A DNA stretch of 64,000 nucleotides from Aotus nancymaae (lineage: Eukaryota). The DNA lies in NCBI RefSeq assembly GCF_030222135.1, contig NW_026988463.1, forward strand, positions 27,112,907 to 27,176,906, read 5' to 3'. The position numbers and the translations under genes are program-made. The notes under the pieces were generated by a model that did not search any database, was not told the DNA's origin, and worked only from the letters and a program-made list of their open reading frames with translations. Below, in pieces: positions 1-17,908 of this stretch. Positions within the stretch are counted from its first letter, which is position 1. Each line of letters opens with the position of its first letter.

Positions 1-71
1 CCATGTTGGTCAGACTGGTCTTGAACTCCCAACCTCAGGTGATCCTCCCGCCTTAAGCCACCACGCCCGGC
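1..71 (-). mobile_element. Alu, 3' part truncated by the window start
   Basis: The GGTGATCC...CACGCCCGGCC reverse-complemented Alu 5' end. Confidence 0.8.
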
Positions 72-169
72 CCACTATATCTATTTTTGAACATTATCAG
101 GAATTTATAGCCTGTTTGTCTAAAGAGTTTTTCTCCAAATTAACTAAATTTTATGTAATTAAAAAAAAA

Positions 170-462
170 TTTTTTTTTTGAGACAAGATCTTGCTCTGTC
201 GCCCAGGCTGGAGTGCAGTGGCTCCGTCTCGGCTCACTGCAACTTCCGTTTCCTGGGTTCAAGCAATTCTCCTGCCTCAGCCTCCCGAGTAGCTAGGATT
301 ACAGGCATGCGCCACCACACCTGGCTAATTTTTGTATTTTTAGTAGAGACAGGGTTTCCCCATATTGGCCTGTCTGGTCTCAAACTTGTGACCTCACGTG
401 ATCCACCTGTCTTGGCCTCTCAAAGTGCTGGGATTACGGGTGTGAGCCACCACACCCAGCCT
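170..462 (-). mobile_element. Alu (full length)
   Basis: Poly-T then GAGACAAGATCTTGCTCTGTCGCCCAGGCTGGAGTGCAGTGG...GGGATTACGGGTGTGAGCCACC. Confidence 0.9.
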
Positions 463-482
463 ATGTAATTTTTTAAAAATTA

Positions 483-1067
<585 letters not shown>

Positions 1068-1094
1068 TGCATTATGTCTTTAACTCTTCAAAGG

Positions 1095-1185
1095 ACCCTA
1101 TGGGACAGGGATCATTTATTAATCCCATTTTTCAGATAAGGAAACTAAGGCTCAGAGATGGGAATTGACTTCCTCAGGAGGCTCC
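1095..1185 (+). repeat. MIR fragment
   Basis: The TTTTCAGATAAGGAAACTAAGGCTCAGAGA MIR core. Confidence 0.6.
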
Positions 1186-1332
1186 AAAAAATGGCCAAAC
1201 AGCGCAGTTTGCATTTAGCAATGCAAATACTAAATGCTAAAATGAATTAAGCATCTGCATTGCCAAATGCAAACTGCACGAAGCCTACTGGCTAGTAATG
1301 GGTGTGGTGTGTTCTCATAGGCATGAAGCCTA

Positions 1333-1866
<534 letters not shown>

Positions 1867-1868
1867 AA

Positions 1869-2161
<293 letters not shown>

Positions 2162-2567
2162 ACCAATTAAAAAAAACAACAACACTCCAATCATATGCCT
2201 GCATCCAGCATCCACATCCAGCAAAAAAAAAAGGACCCTTATGCACCTCTACCCCAGAGAAACCACACCGGAGCACTGCATGAGCTGGGGGAGGGGAGAA
2301 TCCCTGTCTCTTTATCAAAGCCTTTCATTCCTGGTGTCCTTGCTGGCTGAGGCTGGAGGGTCCGGTGATGAATCCAGAAAACTTTGACAGCTTCAGGATG
2401 ATACTGCTTATGACCACGAGATCCCCGCAAACGGAAGTGGTTAACGAGTAGCAAAAGAGGAGTTTTGAGGCATGTTCTAGGGATAAAAGGAGGAAGCATG
2501 AGAGGCCAGGAGCATCAAAGAGGGGCGGGCTCATCTTCCAAACAGGTAGTTAGGAAGAGCTCCATGA

Positions 2568-2785
<218 letters not shown>

Positions 2786-2789
2786 ATAT

Positions 2790-3340
2790 ATATTTTTTAT
2801 TGCACTTTAGGTTCTGGGGTACATGTGCAAAACATGCAGGATAGTTGAATAGGTACATACATGGCAATGTGGTTTGCTGCCTCCATCCCCCTGCCACCTG
2901 TATCTGGCATTTCTCCCCATGTTATCCCTCCCCAACCTCCCTACCTCCTGCTGTCCCTCCCCTATTCCACCGCAACAGACCCCAGTGTGTGATGCTCCCC
3001 TCCCCATGTCCATGTGTTCTCATTGTTCAACACCCGCCTATGAGTGAGAACATGCGGTGTTTGATTTTCTGTTCTAGTGTCAGTTTGCTAAGAATGATGG
3101 TTTCCAGATTCATCCATGTCCCTACAAAGGACACGAACTCATCATTTTTTTATGGTTGCATAGTATTTTATGGTGTATATGTGCCACATTTTCGTTGTCC
3201 AGTCTATCAACGATGGGCATTTGGGTTGGTTCCAGGTCTTTGCTATTATAAACAGTGCCGCAATGAACATACGTGTGCATGTGTCTTTATAATAGAACGA
3301 TTTATAATCCTATGGATGTATACCCAGTAATGGGATTGCT
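2790..3340 (-). mobile_element. LINE-1 3' end fragment (about 550 bp, ORF2 3' end and 3' UTR, reverse orientation)
   Basis: TTATTGCACTTTAGGTTCTGGGGTACATGTGCA... and ...TGAGTGAGAACATGCGGTGTTTG...CCAGTAATGGGATTGCTG are typical primate L1 3' sequences in reverse complement. Confidence 0.85.
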
Positions 3341-3444
3341 GAATGCCCGGCTAATTTTTTAAACCTCGATAGCAGGAACTCTGTTTTGCTCACAGCAACA
3401 CCCCAGCCCTCAAGCAGTGCTGGCACATAGTAAGTGCTTAATTT

Positions 3445-3757
<313 letters not shown>

Positions 3758-5379
3758 AGAAAATGATTTCTTTAGGTGCTACCTCCTTCAAGAAGCTCCA
3801 TGGCTCCTTTCAGTCCTATCCAAATCAAGGCTGGTATAAGAGTACAATCTCACTGCTTCCATTTCTATTATGGAAACTTATCCATACTGTATTGTAATTG
3901 GCCATTTCCTTGTCTGTCCCCACACTGAAGTGTGACCTCTTCAAGGGCTGAGACTGTATCATTCATTTTTGTGTCCCAAGCACCTAAGACAGGGCCCAGC
4001 ATATAGTGCAAACTCAAAAGGTTTGGTTAATATCAAGTAGCCTTGTCATCTACAGATGCTGCATGTACCTTTTCGCGAGGGGCCGGCAGGAGGTGTGACT
4101 TGGTGCGGGTACAGCTTCTGTCAGAGCTGGAGATGGTGGAAGAGAAAGGAGAGGGCTGAGAATTCTGAATTTGAGGATCAGGGCAGAAGAGAATGGAAGT
4201 ACACAGTTCAAAAATCTCCCTACCCTGCTGGGATGTTGTGAAACCCCCACTCTCTCCCCTCCAGGCTCCTCATTTCTCTCCCTGGACAAAGAGCATCTCC
4301 CTTGAAGCCTCACTCACCGGGTGTCTGTGCTTCGGGTCTTGGTGAAGAATGCTGGAAATAGAGACCCCAGTCAAAGAAAGGACCATCCCCATGACCAGGA
4401 AGAGAATGTGGCCAGGGCAGATGGGGCTAAGAGGATTCTCGGCCAGTAGTGAGGAGTGGGCACTGGGTTATCGGGTCAGGGGGCGCTTTGCAGGTCCTAG
4501 AGCTGGCTGTGAGAGGGGCGAGATGGGCACAGATTCCTGGAGGGCTCAGCTAGGGGCTGGAGGGCTCAGGGACTGGAACCAGGCATGGGGGGAGGGGGCG
4601 GCGTTCTATAGACAGTGATCCTGAGGCAGGGGTTACCGCGTGTGGATATCTGAGTCGCTTGGTCTTGTGTCTGCTTTTTTTTGATGGGCACAGGGTTCAA
4701 AGGGCAGCAAGCCATAAATAAAGCCTCCTCCGTGAGTTCTGCACTGATCCGGGACAGGTATTCCTCAGAACTAGACAACGAAGCCTGGGAAAGGAAAAGG
4801 CGGAGGGGTTCAGCCCGGGAGCTCCCATATGGGAGTGTTGGATGTGGGAGCTCCCAGGCTGGGGCCTCTGGGTCCAAGGAGCTTGGTCTTGGAGTATTGG
4901 GCCTTGAGATTTAGCTAGAAGGCTCTGGATCTGGGGGAGGTGGATGGGGGGTTGTTGCAGAGACAGGGCCTAGTGCTGAGGGCTATGGGTCTGGGCTTCA
5001 GGGCTCAGCGTTGAGGCTAGAATCTCAAGGCTAACGGCTCAGACCTGGGACGGGCTCCTCTGCCTGGGAGGCCTTCACTTCCTTACACTCCCACCTCCAC
5101 TGTCCCCTGCAGCGCTCACCAGACCTTCTCTCGAGGAGGGTGCAGCTTGAAACGGCCAGCTGTCCTTCTTCTCCCCGTCATTCCCCATCAGAGTGGACGC
5201 CATCCCCCTGGGAACAGTGGAGGCCTGTATTGGCCTGAGAAACCGGCCCGCTTTCCCCAGAACCCAGCCCACCACCATTCCCCGGGCCCAGGTTTAAACA
5301 AGGCCTTTAGAGGAAACATCCCGCTGCATTCCCTCTCTCAAGAAAAAATAATGTTGCCTTATATCTTCAGGAGAGAGGG

Positions 5380-6760
5380 GGACCTCCCACACCCCCCAAC
5401 CCCTTCGCCCGGTGGGGCCTCGCCTTCCTTCTTCCCTCCCAAGCCCTTTCCCAAGCCAAGGCAGCCAACTTGCCGCCCCAGACCTGGCAGATGGGTGGAA
5501 ACCTTGGGCTACTCGGCAGAAGGGGAGACGGGGAGGCCTAAGGACCTCTGGTATAGATCGCGGAGGACAGGGAATGGGAGATGGGGAGGAAGGCTGGAAA
5601 AGGGGGAGCCGGCTCCGTGTTGCTACCGGCCGCTATAAACCCTCGGGATCTGCGGAGGTTCTGCAGCCTCGTTGCTAGGAGATCAGGGGTTCTAGAACTA
5701 AAGACAGAGACGTTTCCTAGCGCGCCCGGTTTGGTCCTCCAGCCTCCCCTCCATACCCCTCCAGGTGCTTCCTTGGGGGCAGTGACCCCAAACACCAGAG
5801 GATTGAGAAGCTTGAGAGGATGACGTAGGGGTGGAGCCTGCGACCTAATCCTCCCACCACAAGGGGCAAGCGAGAAGCAACCCGGCTGCAGGGCGATCTA
5901 GAGCCTCTCTAGCCGCCTGGAGCCTGAGAGAGCAAAGGCAGCAGAAGACTTAGGGGGCGGGGAGAAAAGTGCGGGCTGCACCAAAACTCCCAACATCTCG
6001 GGGGTGCAAAGACTCAGGAGGGAGGAATTTTATCGCTTTATCTTTGTCTCAGGAAGTTACATCTTCCGCAAAAGAAAATCAGAGATTTTTATTCGGCCTT
6101 CTTCTCTTTTGCTCTTTCCTTTTCCACCCCTACCTTTGCTCGACGTCGATAATTCCTTCCTCCCTCTCCCCCTCTGCGTTTTGGTACGAGCCAAGGGAGA
6201 GGGGCGGAGGGAGGAAAGGGAAGAGGAAGCAGACAGGTCTTAAAGGGGCCGCAACTATTTTTTAAAGCCTTTTTTTCCTCTCTCCAATTTTGCAACGACT
6301 GGTCCGGAGGAGGAGGTTCCCGGAAGCCCCGCGCATCTGGAGCAGCGGTGACCGCAGCTGGAGGCGGGAGCGTCTGCGGGGCGGGCGGAGGCTAGGGGGC
6401 TGCGGGTCAGAAGGGCGGGCTGCACGCGCCCCCTGCTCCCGGCTCGCCTTGGGGCCGGCCCGTGCTCCCGACTGCTGCGGGCTTCAGCATCTGGGGCTGG
6501 GCGAGGGCGGAGGGGTCCAGGGCGCAAGTGGCTCGGTTTATGCGCCGGGCCGGAGGCTGAGGCCGCGCGGCGAGGCAGGGACAGCGCTGGCATCTCCAGA
6601 GCGGGCCCGGGGCGGCAAGGAGAGCTCCGCGATGTCAGACGAAAATATCTTCTTGTTCGTGCCCAACCTCATTGGTGAGTGCTGCCCGCAGCCCCGGATC
6701 GGATGGGAGGGCCAAGGGCCTTGGCGGGCTCCCTGATCCCGTCCTGTCTCCCCGCGTCCC
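5380..6760. promoter_or_regulatory. CDIPT: CpG island over the CDIPT 5' end
   Basis: High GC content and CpG density by eye; GC boxes at 6366-6400; overlaps CDIPT exon 1. Confidence 0.75.
6632..6674 (+). CDS. CDIPT: CDIPT coding exon 1 (ATG 6632; MSDENIFLFVPNLI then G codon split), donor GTGAGT at 6675
   Basis: ATG in Kozak-like context; reading continues in frame into exon 2 across a GT...AG intron. Confidence 0.9.
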
Positions 6761-6768
6761 GTTCCAAG

Positions 6769-6903
6769 GTTATGCCCGGATTATCTTCGCCATCATTTCT
6801 TTCTACTTCATGCCCTGCTGCCCCCTCACGGCCTCTTCCTTCTACCTGCTCAGCGGCCTGCTGGACGCTTTCGATGGACACGCTGCTCGCGCTCTTAATC
6901 AAG
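6769..6903 (+). CDS. CDIPT: CDIPT exon 2 (YARIIFAIISFYFMPCCPLTASSFYLLSGLLDAFDGHAARALNQ)
   Basis: Acceptor AG at 6767-6768, donor GT at 6904-6905; matches the CDP-alcohol phosphotransferase motif region of CDIPT. Confidence 0.9.
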
Positions 6904-7037
6904 GTGACAGACACCCCTCCCAGCCAGCCTTGGGGCCCAACAACCCCCTGCCCCCTTCCCCTGCCTCCTTGGGACCTCAGGGTCAGAGAGCTGTCATTCC
7001 CATCTCTGAAAAAAGCAGAACAGGATGGTCTGAGGTT

Positions 7038-7310
7038 TTTGTTTTGTCTTTTGTTTTTGAGACAGGGTCTCGCTCTGTCACTTAGGCTGGAGTGCAATGG
7101 CGCGATCATGGCTCTCTGCAGACCCCATCTCTTGGGCTCAAGTAATCCTCCCACTTAAGCTTCCTGAATAACTGAGACAACAGGCATTTGCCACCACACG
7201 TGGCTAATTTTTAAACTTGTGTAGAGACTGGGTCTTGCAGTGTCGCCCAGACTGTTCCCCAGCTCCTGGCCTCAAGCGATCCTCCTGCCTTGCTCCCAAG
7301 GTGCTGCGCC
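7038..7310 (-). mobile_element. Alu (CDIPT intron 2)
   Basis: Alu consensus in reverse complement. Confidence 0.85.
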
Positions 7311-7454
7311 CCGCAAGAATGGACTGATTTTGTAGCAAAAGGGATTTAAGCTAGCTCTTGAGAACTCACTGCTTGTGAGAGGTGTGGATCAGCAAGACAT
7401 GACATGGCCGTGGTGAGGCTGAAGGTCTCTCTGAATACAAGTCCATTTAGTCAG

Positions 7455-7767
<313 letters not shown>

Positions 7768-7814
7768 CTACTGTGTGCCCTGCATAAGCATTTGAGTTCC
7801 AGAAGGATGTTTAG

Positions 7815-8163
<349 letters not shown>

Positions 8164-8514
8164 TAATCTTTTCATCTGTTCTCCAGACCCACTTCTAAGG
8201 CTTCTCCTGAGGCATCAAGTTTCTTGGTCTAGCCCTGGAGTCTTGGTTCTGGGGTTGATGAGTTGCAGTCACAGCTTTCCTTTCTCCTACCCTGTTCCCT
8301 CCACTCTCATGCCTTCTCAGTCCATGTCATGGTGACCTTTGCCCACTGACCTCACACAGAGCCTGTTTTCCAGCCTACGTTCCTCCCCAAGCTGGTGGAC
8401 ACTTTGAGTCTTCACTTACACCCTGGATCAGAGTGATAAACCAAATATGGGCACTTGTCCTGTGTCCACTGTACCCTAACAGCCCCTGCCCACCTAATAG
8501 CCCCCATCTTCCAG

Positions 8515-8668
8515 GAACCCGGTTTGGGGCCATGCTGGACATGCTGACGGACCGCTGCTCCACCATGTGCCTCTTGGTCAACCTGACCCTGCTGTACCCT
8601 CGAGCCACGCTGTTCTTCCAGCTCAGCATGAGTTTGGATGTGGCCAGTCACTGGCTGCACCTTCACAG
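8515..8668 (+). CDS. CDIPT: CDIPT exon 3 (GTRFGAMLDMLTDRCSTMCLLVNLTLLYPRATLFFQLSMSLDVASHWLHLH)
   Basis: Acceptor AG at 8513-8514, donor GT at 8669-8670; reading phase is consistent with the flanking exons. Confidence 0.9.
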
Positions 8669-9117
8669 GTGTGCGGCGATTCTCGGGGCCTTGGCCAGTT
8701 GGAGACACTACAGTGGGGCGGGGGGAGCCTAGATGGAAGGGTGTCTGGGATGGCATTAGGCATCCTGGGAGGGCTCCTTTTTAGCTCCGCTTTATAGAAG
8801 GGCCCCAGGCAAACCTGCCTGTCTTAGAATCAGCTTCAGTCATGTTTACAGTTGCATTAAGCAATTCTTAGGACTCTTCCAGCTGGATATTCTAGGATTC
8901 CAAATAGGTGACAGCTTGCAGGAAGGGGCATGGGGGCTTTCGAATGTGGCATTTAAAGCCTGATTCTACCCTCAAATAGGTAGGTAACTGTGGCTTTGGG
9001 CAGGATACTGGTCCTTAGCTATGCCCAGTCTTCCATCCATACAATAGGGGCTAACATGATGATCAGATGCAGGCTAGTGGTCATAAAGCTCATGGGTTCT
9101 CCTGTTTTCTCCCCAAG

Positions 9118-9199
9118 TTCTGTGGTCCGAGGCAGTGAGAGTCACAAGATGATCGACCTGTCTGGGAATCCGGTGCTTCGAATCTACTACACCTCAAGG
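9118..9199 (+). CDS. CDIPT: CDIPT exon 4 (SSVVRGSESHKMIDLSGNPVLRIYYTSR)
   Basis: Acceptor AG at 9116-9117, donor GTGAGC at 9200. Confidence 0.9.
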
Positions 9200-9379
9200 G
9201 TGAGCGTTTCCTGCACACCCCGCCCCTCATGCGCTTGGCTGTGGGAAGTCCTGGACTGAACCCTGGTCCTAGGCTAGGAGAAGGCACAGAGCAGGTCCTG
9301 CCCAGTTGCTTCAGGAGGAGGGGCCTGTAAGCTTAGGCTTGGAGGAGGAGGATTGGTTGTGGGGGGCCTGCGTGAATTA

Positions 9380-10130
<751 letters not shown>

Positions 10131-10140
10131 GATATGCTGA

Positions 10141-10627
<487 letters not shown>

Positions 10628-10734
10628 GTAGGAGATGAGGGGCTGGGCAGAAGGATGGGAGGGGGCTCTGGCCTGCCCAGGGAAACGAAGGCCCCCTCCT
10701 TCGGTCCCCGAACTTCCCTGCTGCCTTTCTGCAG

Positions 10735-10880
10735 TTGGCTCCATGGGGCTGTTCTGGATGGGCCTCTGGGTCACTGCCCCCATCGCCTTGCTGAAGTCAC
10801 TCATCAGTGTCATCCACCTGGTCACAGCTGCCCGCAACATGGCTGCCCTGGATGCAGCAGACCGTGCCAAGAAGAAGTGA
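10735..10880 (+). CDS. CDIPT: CDIPT exon 6 coding part (VGSMGLFWMGLWVTAPIALLKSLISVIHLVTAARNMAALDAADRAKKK, stop TGA 10878-10880); 3' UTR continues to about 11755
   Basis: Acceptor AG at 10733-10734. The ORF track entry 10635..10880 ends on the same stop codon. Confidence 0.9.
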
Positions 10881-11624
10881 CGCTGGAGTCCCCAGTCCTG
10901 GCTGCCCACCTGCCCTGGGAGTCTTGCTGTGCCACATGGCTCCCCACCCCCTGCTAGGAGGTCCCAGTCTCACGCCTTCCTCATGTGTTGTCCTACCTGC
11001 TGGGATGGGGATCAGCCTCTCTTTAGTGACGTCATGTACTCTGGGATCCTGAGGACCAGGCCCACCCCTGGGATCCCCAGGGAGCCAGGCCTCAAATCAG
11101 GGAGGATACGCAGGAGGCCCCATCCGTATAGACGGTGCTCCTGGGGTGCCAGGACCAGGTACTGTCACACCCTGCCGGCTCAGCCCTGGAGTGTGAGATG
11201 CTAGGGACGCTTGAGTGAGGGAGATCGTGTGGGGGCTGGGTTTCCCAAAAGCAGGGGAATCAGACCTCTGCTCCCAGCCAGAGCAAGCCTGGGGCACCGT
11301 GCTCGGGAGGGAAGAATCCGTCCACAGCCTTCCCCTTCGTTGGCTCCTCTGTCCTGCCTACCCTGGTCCTGGAAGCCTTGATTATAAAGGCGGGAACTTC
11401 ACTATTTGACTTGCTTTCCTTTCAGACATACTTGGCTCAGGGCCTGGGTTGAGGGAGCTTCGGGAAGGACGTCCGTCTGGGTGTTTTTCCTCCAATTTGC
11501 TGGCTGGCTTCTCCATCTGCTGTCTACAGTGACCTCAGAGAGAGGCCACTCACGCTCATGCGGTGTCCCCACCGCCCACTTGTTTTATGTCACTGTCTAC
11601 ATGTATTTATATTCTTGATATTTT

Positions 11625-11780
11625 CTACCCTCACTAGAATGTAAACTCCATGAAGGCACAGACTTTTCTCGTTCCCTTCTCTATCTCTAGAATGAGACCA
11701 ACCTGAACCTGGCATATAGTAGCTGCTTAATAAATATTCGTCTGTCAATTATTAGTTGGTTTGTCAGAATGTGGACCTTA
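11625..11780 (+). repeat. MIR 3' end inside the CDIPT 3' UTR, carrying the poly(A) signal
   Basis: AGAATGTAAACTCCATGAAGGCACAGAC...CATATAGTAGCTGCTTAATAAATATT follows the MIR consensus tail (...GGCACATAGTAGGCGCTCAATAAATATTTGTTGAATGAATG). Confidence 0.65.
11729..11734 (+). promoter_or_regulatory. CDIPT: CDIPT polyadenylation signal AATAAA (inside a MIR-derived segment)
   Basis: AATAAA lies about 850 nt after the stop codon; no Alu in between; position is consistent with the expected gene length. Confidence 0.7.
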
Positions 11781-11822
11781 GACCACCTGTAGAATATTTC
11801 TATTTCTCTCTTTGTTTTCTTT

Positions 11823-11964
11823 CTTTTTTTTTTAGAGACAGAGTCCTACTTTGTCACCCAGGCCAGTGGTGTAGTCCTAACTCACTGCAGCTCCAAACTC
11901 CTGGCCTTCAAGTCATCCTCCTGCCTTAGCCTCCCAAAGTGCTATTATTACAGGCATGAGCCAC
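11823..11964 (-). mobile_element. Alu, partial
   Basis: Partial Alu consensus in reverse complement. Confidence 0.8.
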
Positions 11965-11992
11965 TGAGCCTGGCTGGATATTTCTTTAAATG

Positions 11993-12298
11993 CAACTTTG
12001 AGCTGGGTACAGTGGCACACATCTGTAATCCCAGCACTTTGGGAGGCCAAGGTTGGGTGGATTGCTTGAGTGCAGGCGTTGAAGACCAGCCTGGATAATG
12101 TGGTGAAACCCTATCTCTACAAAAAATACAAAAATTAGCAAGGTGTGGTGGCATGCACCTGTGGTCCCAGCTACTCAGGAGGCTGAGGTGGGAGGAGAGC
12201 TTGAGCCTGGGAAGCAGGAGGCAGAGGTTACAGTGATACATAATGGTGCCACTCCAGCCTGGGGGCCAGGGCCAGACAGTGTCAACAACAAAAAAAAG
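11993..12298 (+). mobile_element. Alu
   Basis: Forward Alu consensus. Confidence 0.9.
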
Positions 12299-12320
12299 CA
12301 ACTTCAGCCCATCTCGGAGG

Positions 12321-12613
12321 CTTATGACTGGCCTGTAATCCCAGCACTTTGGGAGGCTGAGGTGGGAGGATCATTTGAGCCCGGGAGTTTGAGACCAGCC
12401 TGGGCCATATTGCCGGACCCCGTCTGTACCAAAAAAAAATATATATATATATAAATTAGTCAGGTATAGTGGTGTGTGCCTTAGTCCCAGCTACTGGGGA
12501 GGCTGAAGTGAGAATTGAATGAGCCTGGGAGGTCAAGGCTGCAGTGAGCCATGATTGTGCTACTGTACTCCAGCCTGGGCGACAGAACAAGATGTCTCAA
12601 AAAGTAAAATAAA
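12321..12613 (+). mobile_element. Alu (5' truncated) with an internal (AT)n
   Basis: Forward Alu consensus; ATATATATATATATA at 12432-12450 in the middle A-rich linker. Confidence 0.85.
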
Positions 12614-12669
12614 TGCAAGTTATCGGATCCTGCAGCAGACCTTCAAGAGTTGGAAGCTCTAGGATGGAC

Positions 12670-12969
<300 letters not shown>

Positions 12970-13677
12970 AAGAAGCTCCCAGAAGCCTGCAACTTCAGTG
13001 CTGGGGGATTCTTCCAGTAATGTTGAGAAACACTATTCCCTGTCTGTGGGCTCCTGTCAAATATACTAGGCATTGTTCTGGGCATCTATCCCCTACCATC
13101 TGTGGTTTTAAACTACGGTACTGTAGGCCAGACTGTGCTGGGGGTTCTTTGCAGATGTTACTCATTCTATCTGCATAATAGCTTAGCCAAGGGGCCCGAG
13201 AGGCCCCCGTGTCCGGGGAGAGCGGAAATTTACCAGACATGTACCGAGTCTCAACTCCTGTGCTAGGCCCAGGGGAGTCACTGGGTACTGGGTGGCTGCT
13301 TCCCCTACAATATCACAGGAAAGTGCTCGTTGAGGATGGGAGTAGAAGATGCGCAAGACCTGACTCAGGGTTTGGTGAAAGGGCTGGATATCCCATGTAG
13401 AAGGCTGGTAGGGATGGGAGAGGAAAGCATTAGTGCAGAGGAGATTGCTTCTTAGCTGAGAGAATGGCATGGAAAGGCAGGAAGGGCAGAGAGGCCCCTG
13501 GGTTCTGCAGCTCTTTCTCCTACCTATCAGCTCTTCCTCCAGCACGGTGGGTCCTCTGAGCACTCTTCAGCCCCAGAACACGGAGCCCTCAGCCCTCCTG
13601 GCTCCCATGTCCCTGACTGGCTCCTGGGCTCCTTGGTTCTAACCATTTACAGTGACATCAGAAATTGGAACAGATCG

Positions 13678-14012
<335 letters not shown>

Positions 14013-14191
14013 TCAGGCACCCCCCACTGCTGCCAACCTGGCCTGCTCCAGTCAAGGCAGGGGAAAAAAAAAAAACAGATCTAAATCTCGTGGGCTGGAG
14101 CACCGAGTCCTGGGGGTTGGGGACTGGGAGAGCTGGGGAGAGGCAAGGAAGAGCCAGCTGCGGCGGCCTAGGAACCCAGAGGACTTTTTAA

Positions 14192-14486
<295 letters not shown>

Positions 14487-14930
14487 CATTTCCATATCTT
14501 AACATTCATTTATGGAAAAGGGAAGAGCAGGCATGTGATGTCATTTCCCCTTGCATTTCACTGGTGAGAGCAAATCACATCAAAGCCTGATCGCCAATCG
14601 ATGTCCCTGTGGAGACATCAAGGCATAGATTGGAAATAAGCCCAGAGCTCTTGGGTGAGGTGAGGGCTGGAATAATGGATTCTGAGGTCAGTGGTATAGA
14701 GACCACCTAAGGTCATAAGACTGGACAAGAATGTCGGCATGAGAAGGGGGCCTCAGGGAACCCACAAATCAGAGTCTGAGAGAAGCAAGAAAGAAAACTA
14801 GAACAGGTGACATCAGGAAAGCCCAGCATGAGAGGAATGGCCAACTGTGCCAAGTGATGGAGTGGCTGATCAACTACTGCCTTTAGCAACGAGACGTGAC
14901 TGGTGACGTCAAATAGAGCAGCTTCCATGA

Positions 14931-15258
<328 letters not shown>

Positions 15259-15469
15259 CTATCTGGAGTGGTTTGAAAAGATAATGAGAGATGAGGAATG
15301 GAAAGTGAGACCACAGAGAACTCTGGAAAAATTTGGCTGTGACAGAAAAAGGAGAGGTGGGAGTTGGAGGGGCTCATAGGGTTACAGGAGTTGTTTTATA
15401 TGGACAGAGTAGGTATGTCGATGTCCTGATGACAGTGCTGCTCAGAGAAGAAGAAACTGATGGCTTATC

Positions 15470-15932
<463 letters not shown>

Positions 15933-16211
15933 TCAAAGAGGTGAGAGAAAGTGGGCAGGGGCGTAGGAGGCTGAGAAGAGAGGTGGTGTGAAGGGTTGTC
16001 TCAAAGCAGATCGCACACAAGATAGAGCAGCAGTCAGAGGAGCTGTACCTCCCCCAAAGTTTGTTGCCATGAGTTTAAAATAAGATCAGTCAGCTCCGAG
16101 GGGTGTTCCTCCTCCAGCAACGTGCAGCTGGTCAGGGGCAGTGCAGAGAGGGAGGGAGGTGGTTTAAGAAAGGATGGGGCTTTTAAGGAGGGATGGGGCT
16201 TTTTCCAATAA

Positions 16212-16858
<647 letters not shown>

Positions 16859-17490
16859 GTAGGATGTTTATACTTCCTTGGCGGAGATGGGGCAGGCCTG
16901 GCACTTAGAACTCTACCTGGCCTACAAAGGGCTGGTGCACCCAGGCTAACTGCACCTGGATCCTTCTCTCAAATGAGGGCCCCTTACTGGTTGTGGGGGA
17001 GAGGGTAGGATGAGGGCATCCCTCCCTCAGTGTTCCCGAAAAACCCAGACCAGAAGCCCAAGGAGATGCCCAATTCCTACTGCCCTGGGCAAGGTCCTCC
17101 TCCCCAACCTGACAGCCCCCTCCTGGGAAGGTACAAGCATATGGCACAGGGTGCAAGCCTGGCATGCCCACTGGTGCTGCTGGTGCTACCAGCAGGGAGC
17201 CTCCCCTATGGGAAGCTGAGCTGTATCTGCCGCAGCTGAAGGGTTAGATGCTGAGAGTCCCAGGCAGCTGGGCTCCTGGAGGCCTGGTGGTGAGACGTTG
17301 CTAGTGTGGGCCCCATGCCCCTGCCTGTGGCATCATCGCCCCTACCGGGGCTCTAGGAAACCGACAGCTACTCAGTGCACAAGGCTTTGGGGCCACGTTC
17401 CTACTGGGTGACTTCCAGTTCATCCTTCCCCTGCCTTGGGGTCCTCTCCCCTTTATAGAGAACAGCCTCCTGTAACTATCTAAATATGTC

Positions 17491-17797
17491 AGCCAGGCAC
17501 GGTGACTCAAGCCTGTAATCCCAGCACTTTGGGAAGCTAAGGCAGGTGGATCAACTGAGGTTGAGAGTTCGAGACCAGCTTGGCCAACATGGTGAAACCC
17601 CATCTCTACTAAAAAAGAAAACACAAAAATTAGCCAGGCATGGTGGCACGCGCCTGTAATCCCAGCTACTCAGGAGGCTGAGGCAGGAGAATCACTTGAA
17701 CCTGGGAGGCGGAGGTTTCAGTGAGCAGAGATCACACCATTACGCTCCAGCTTGGGTGACAGAACAAGACTCAGTCTCTAAAAAAGAAAAAAAAAGA
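17491..17797 (+). mobile_element. Alu just downstream of the MVP 3' end
   Basis: Forward Alu consensus. Confidence 0.9.
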
Positions 17798-17900
17798 TGT
17801 CAGGGCACCTCCCCTCTCCACCATTAAGCTCCCTTGTGACCCCCAATTAACGTCAGACAAGAGAAAAGCGTTTAAATTTTAAATGCCCAAAAATGTCCAT

Positions 17901-17906
17901 TTTATT
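17901..17906 (-). promoter_or_regulatory. MVP: MVP polyadenylation signal (AATAAA on the minus strand)
   Basis: TTTATT on the plus strand lies 3 nt beyond the MVP stop codon. Confidence 0.8.
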
Positions 17907-17908
17907 GG

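Noticed and set aside
2845-3330. 161-aa ORF on the plus strand
   Set aside because: It lies entirely within the reverse-oriented L1 3' fragment. It is a random ORF in repeat sequence.
5147-5638. 163-aa plus-strand ORF upstream of CDIPT
   Set aside because: It lies within the CpG island, is Pro/Gly-rich with low complexity, and has no homology. More likely promoter or lncRNA (CDIPT-AS1-like) sequence than coding.
13183-13563. 126-aa minus-strand ORF in the unique sequence between CDIPT and MVP
   Set aside because: No start context, no splice structure, no homology; its length is within the chance expectation for GC-moderate DNA.
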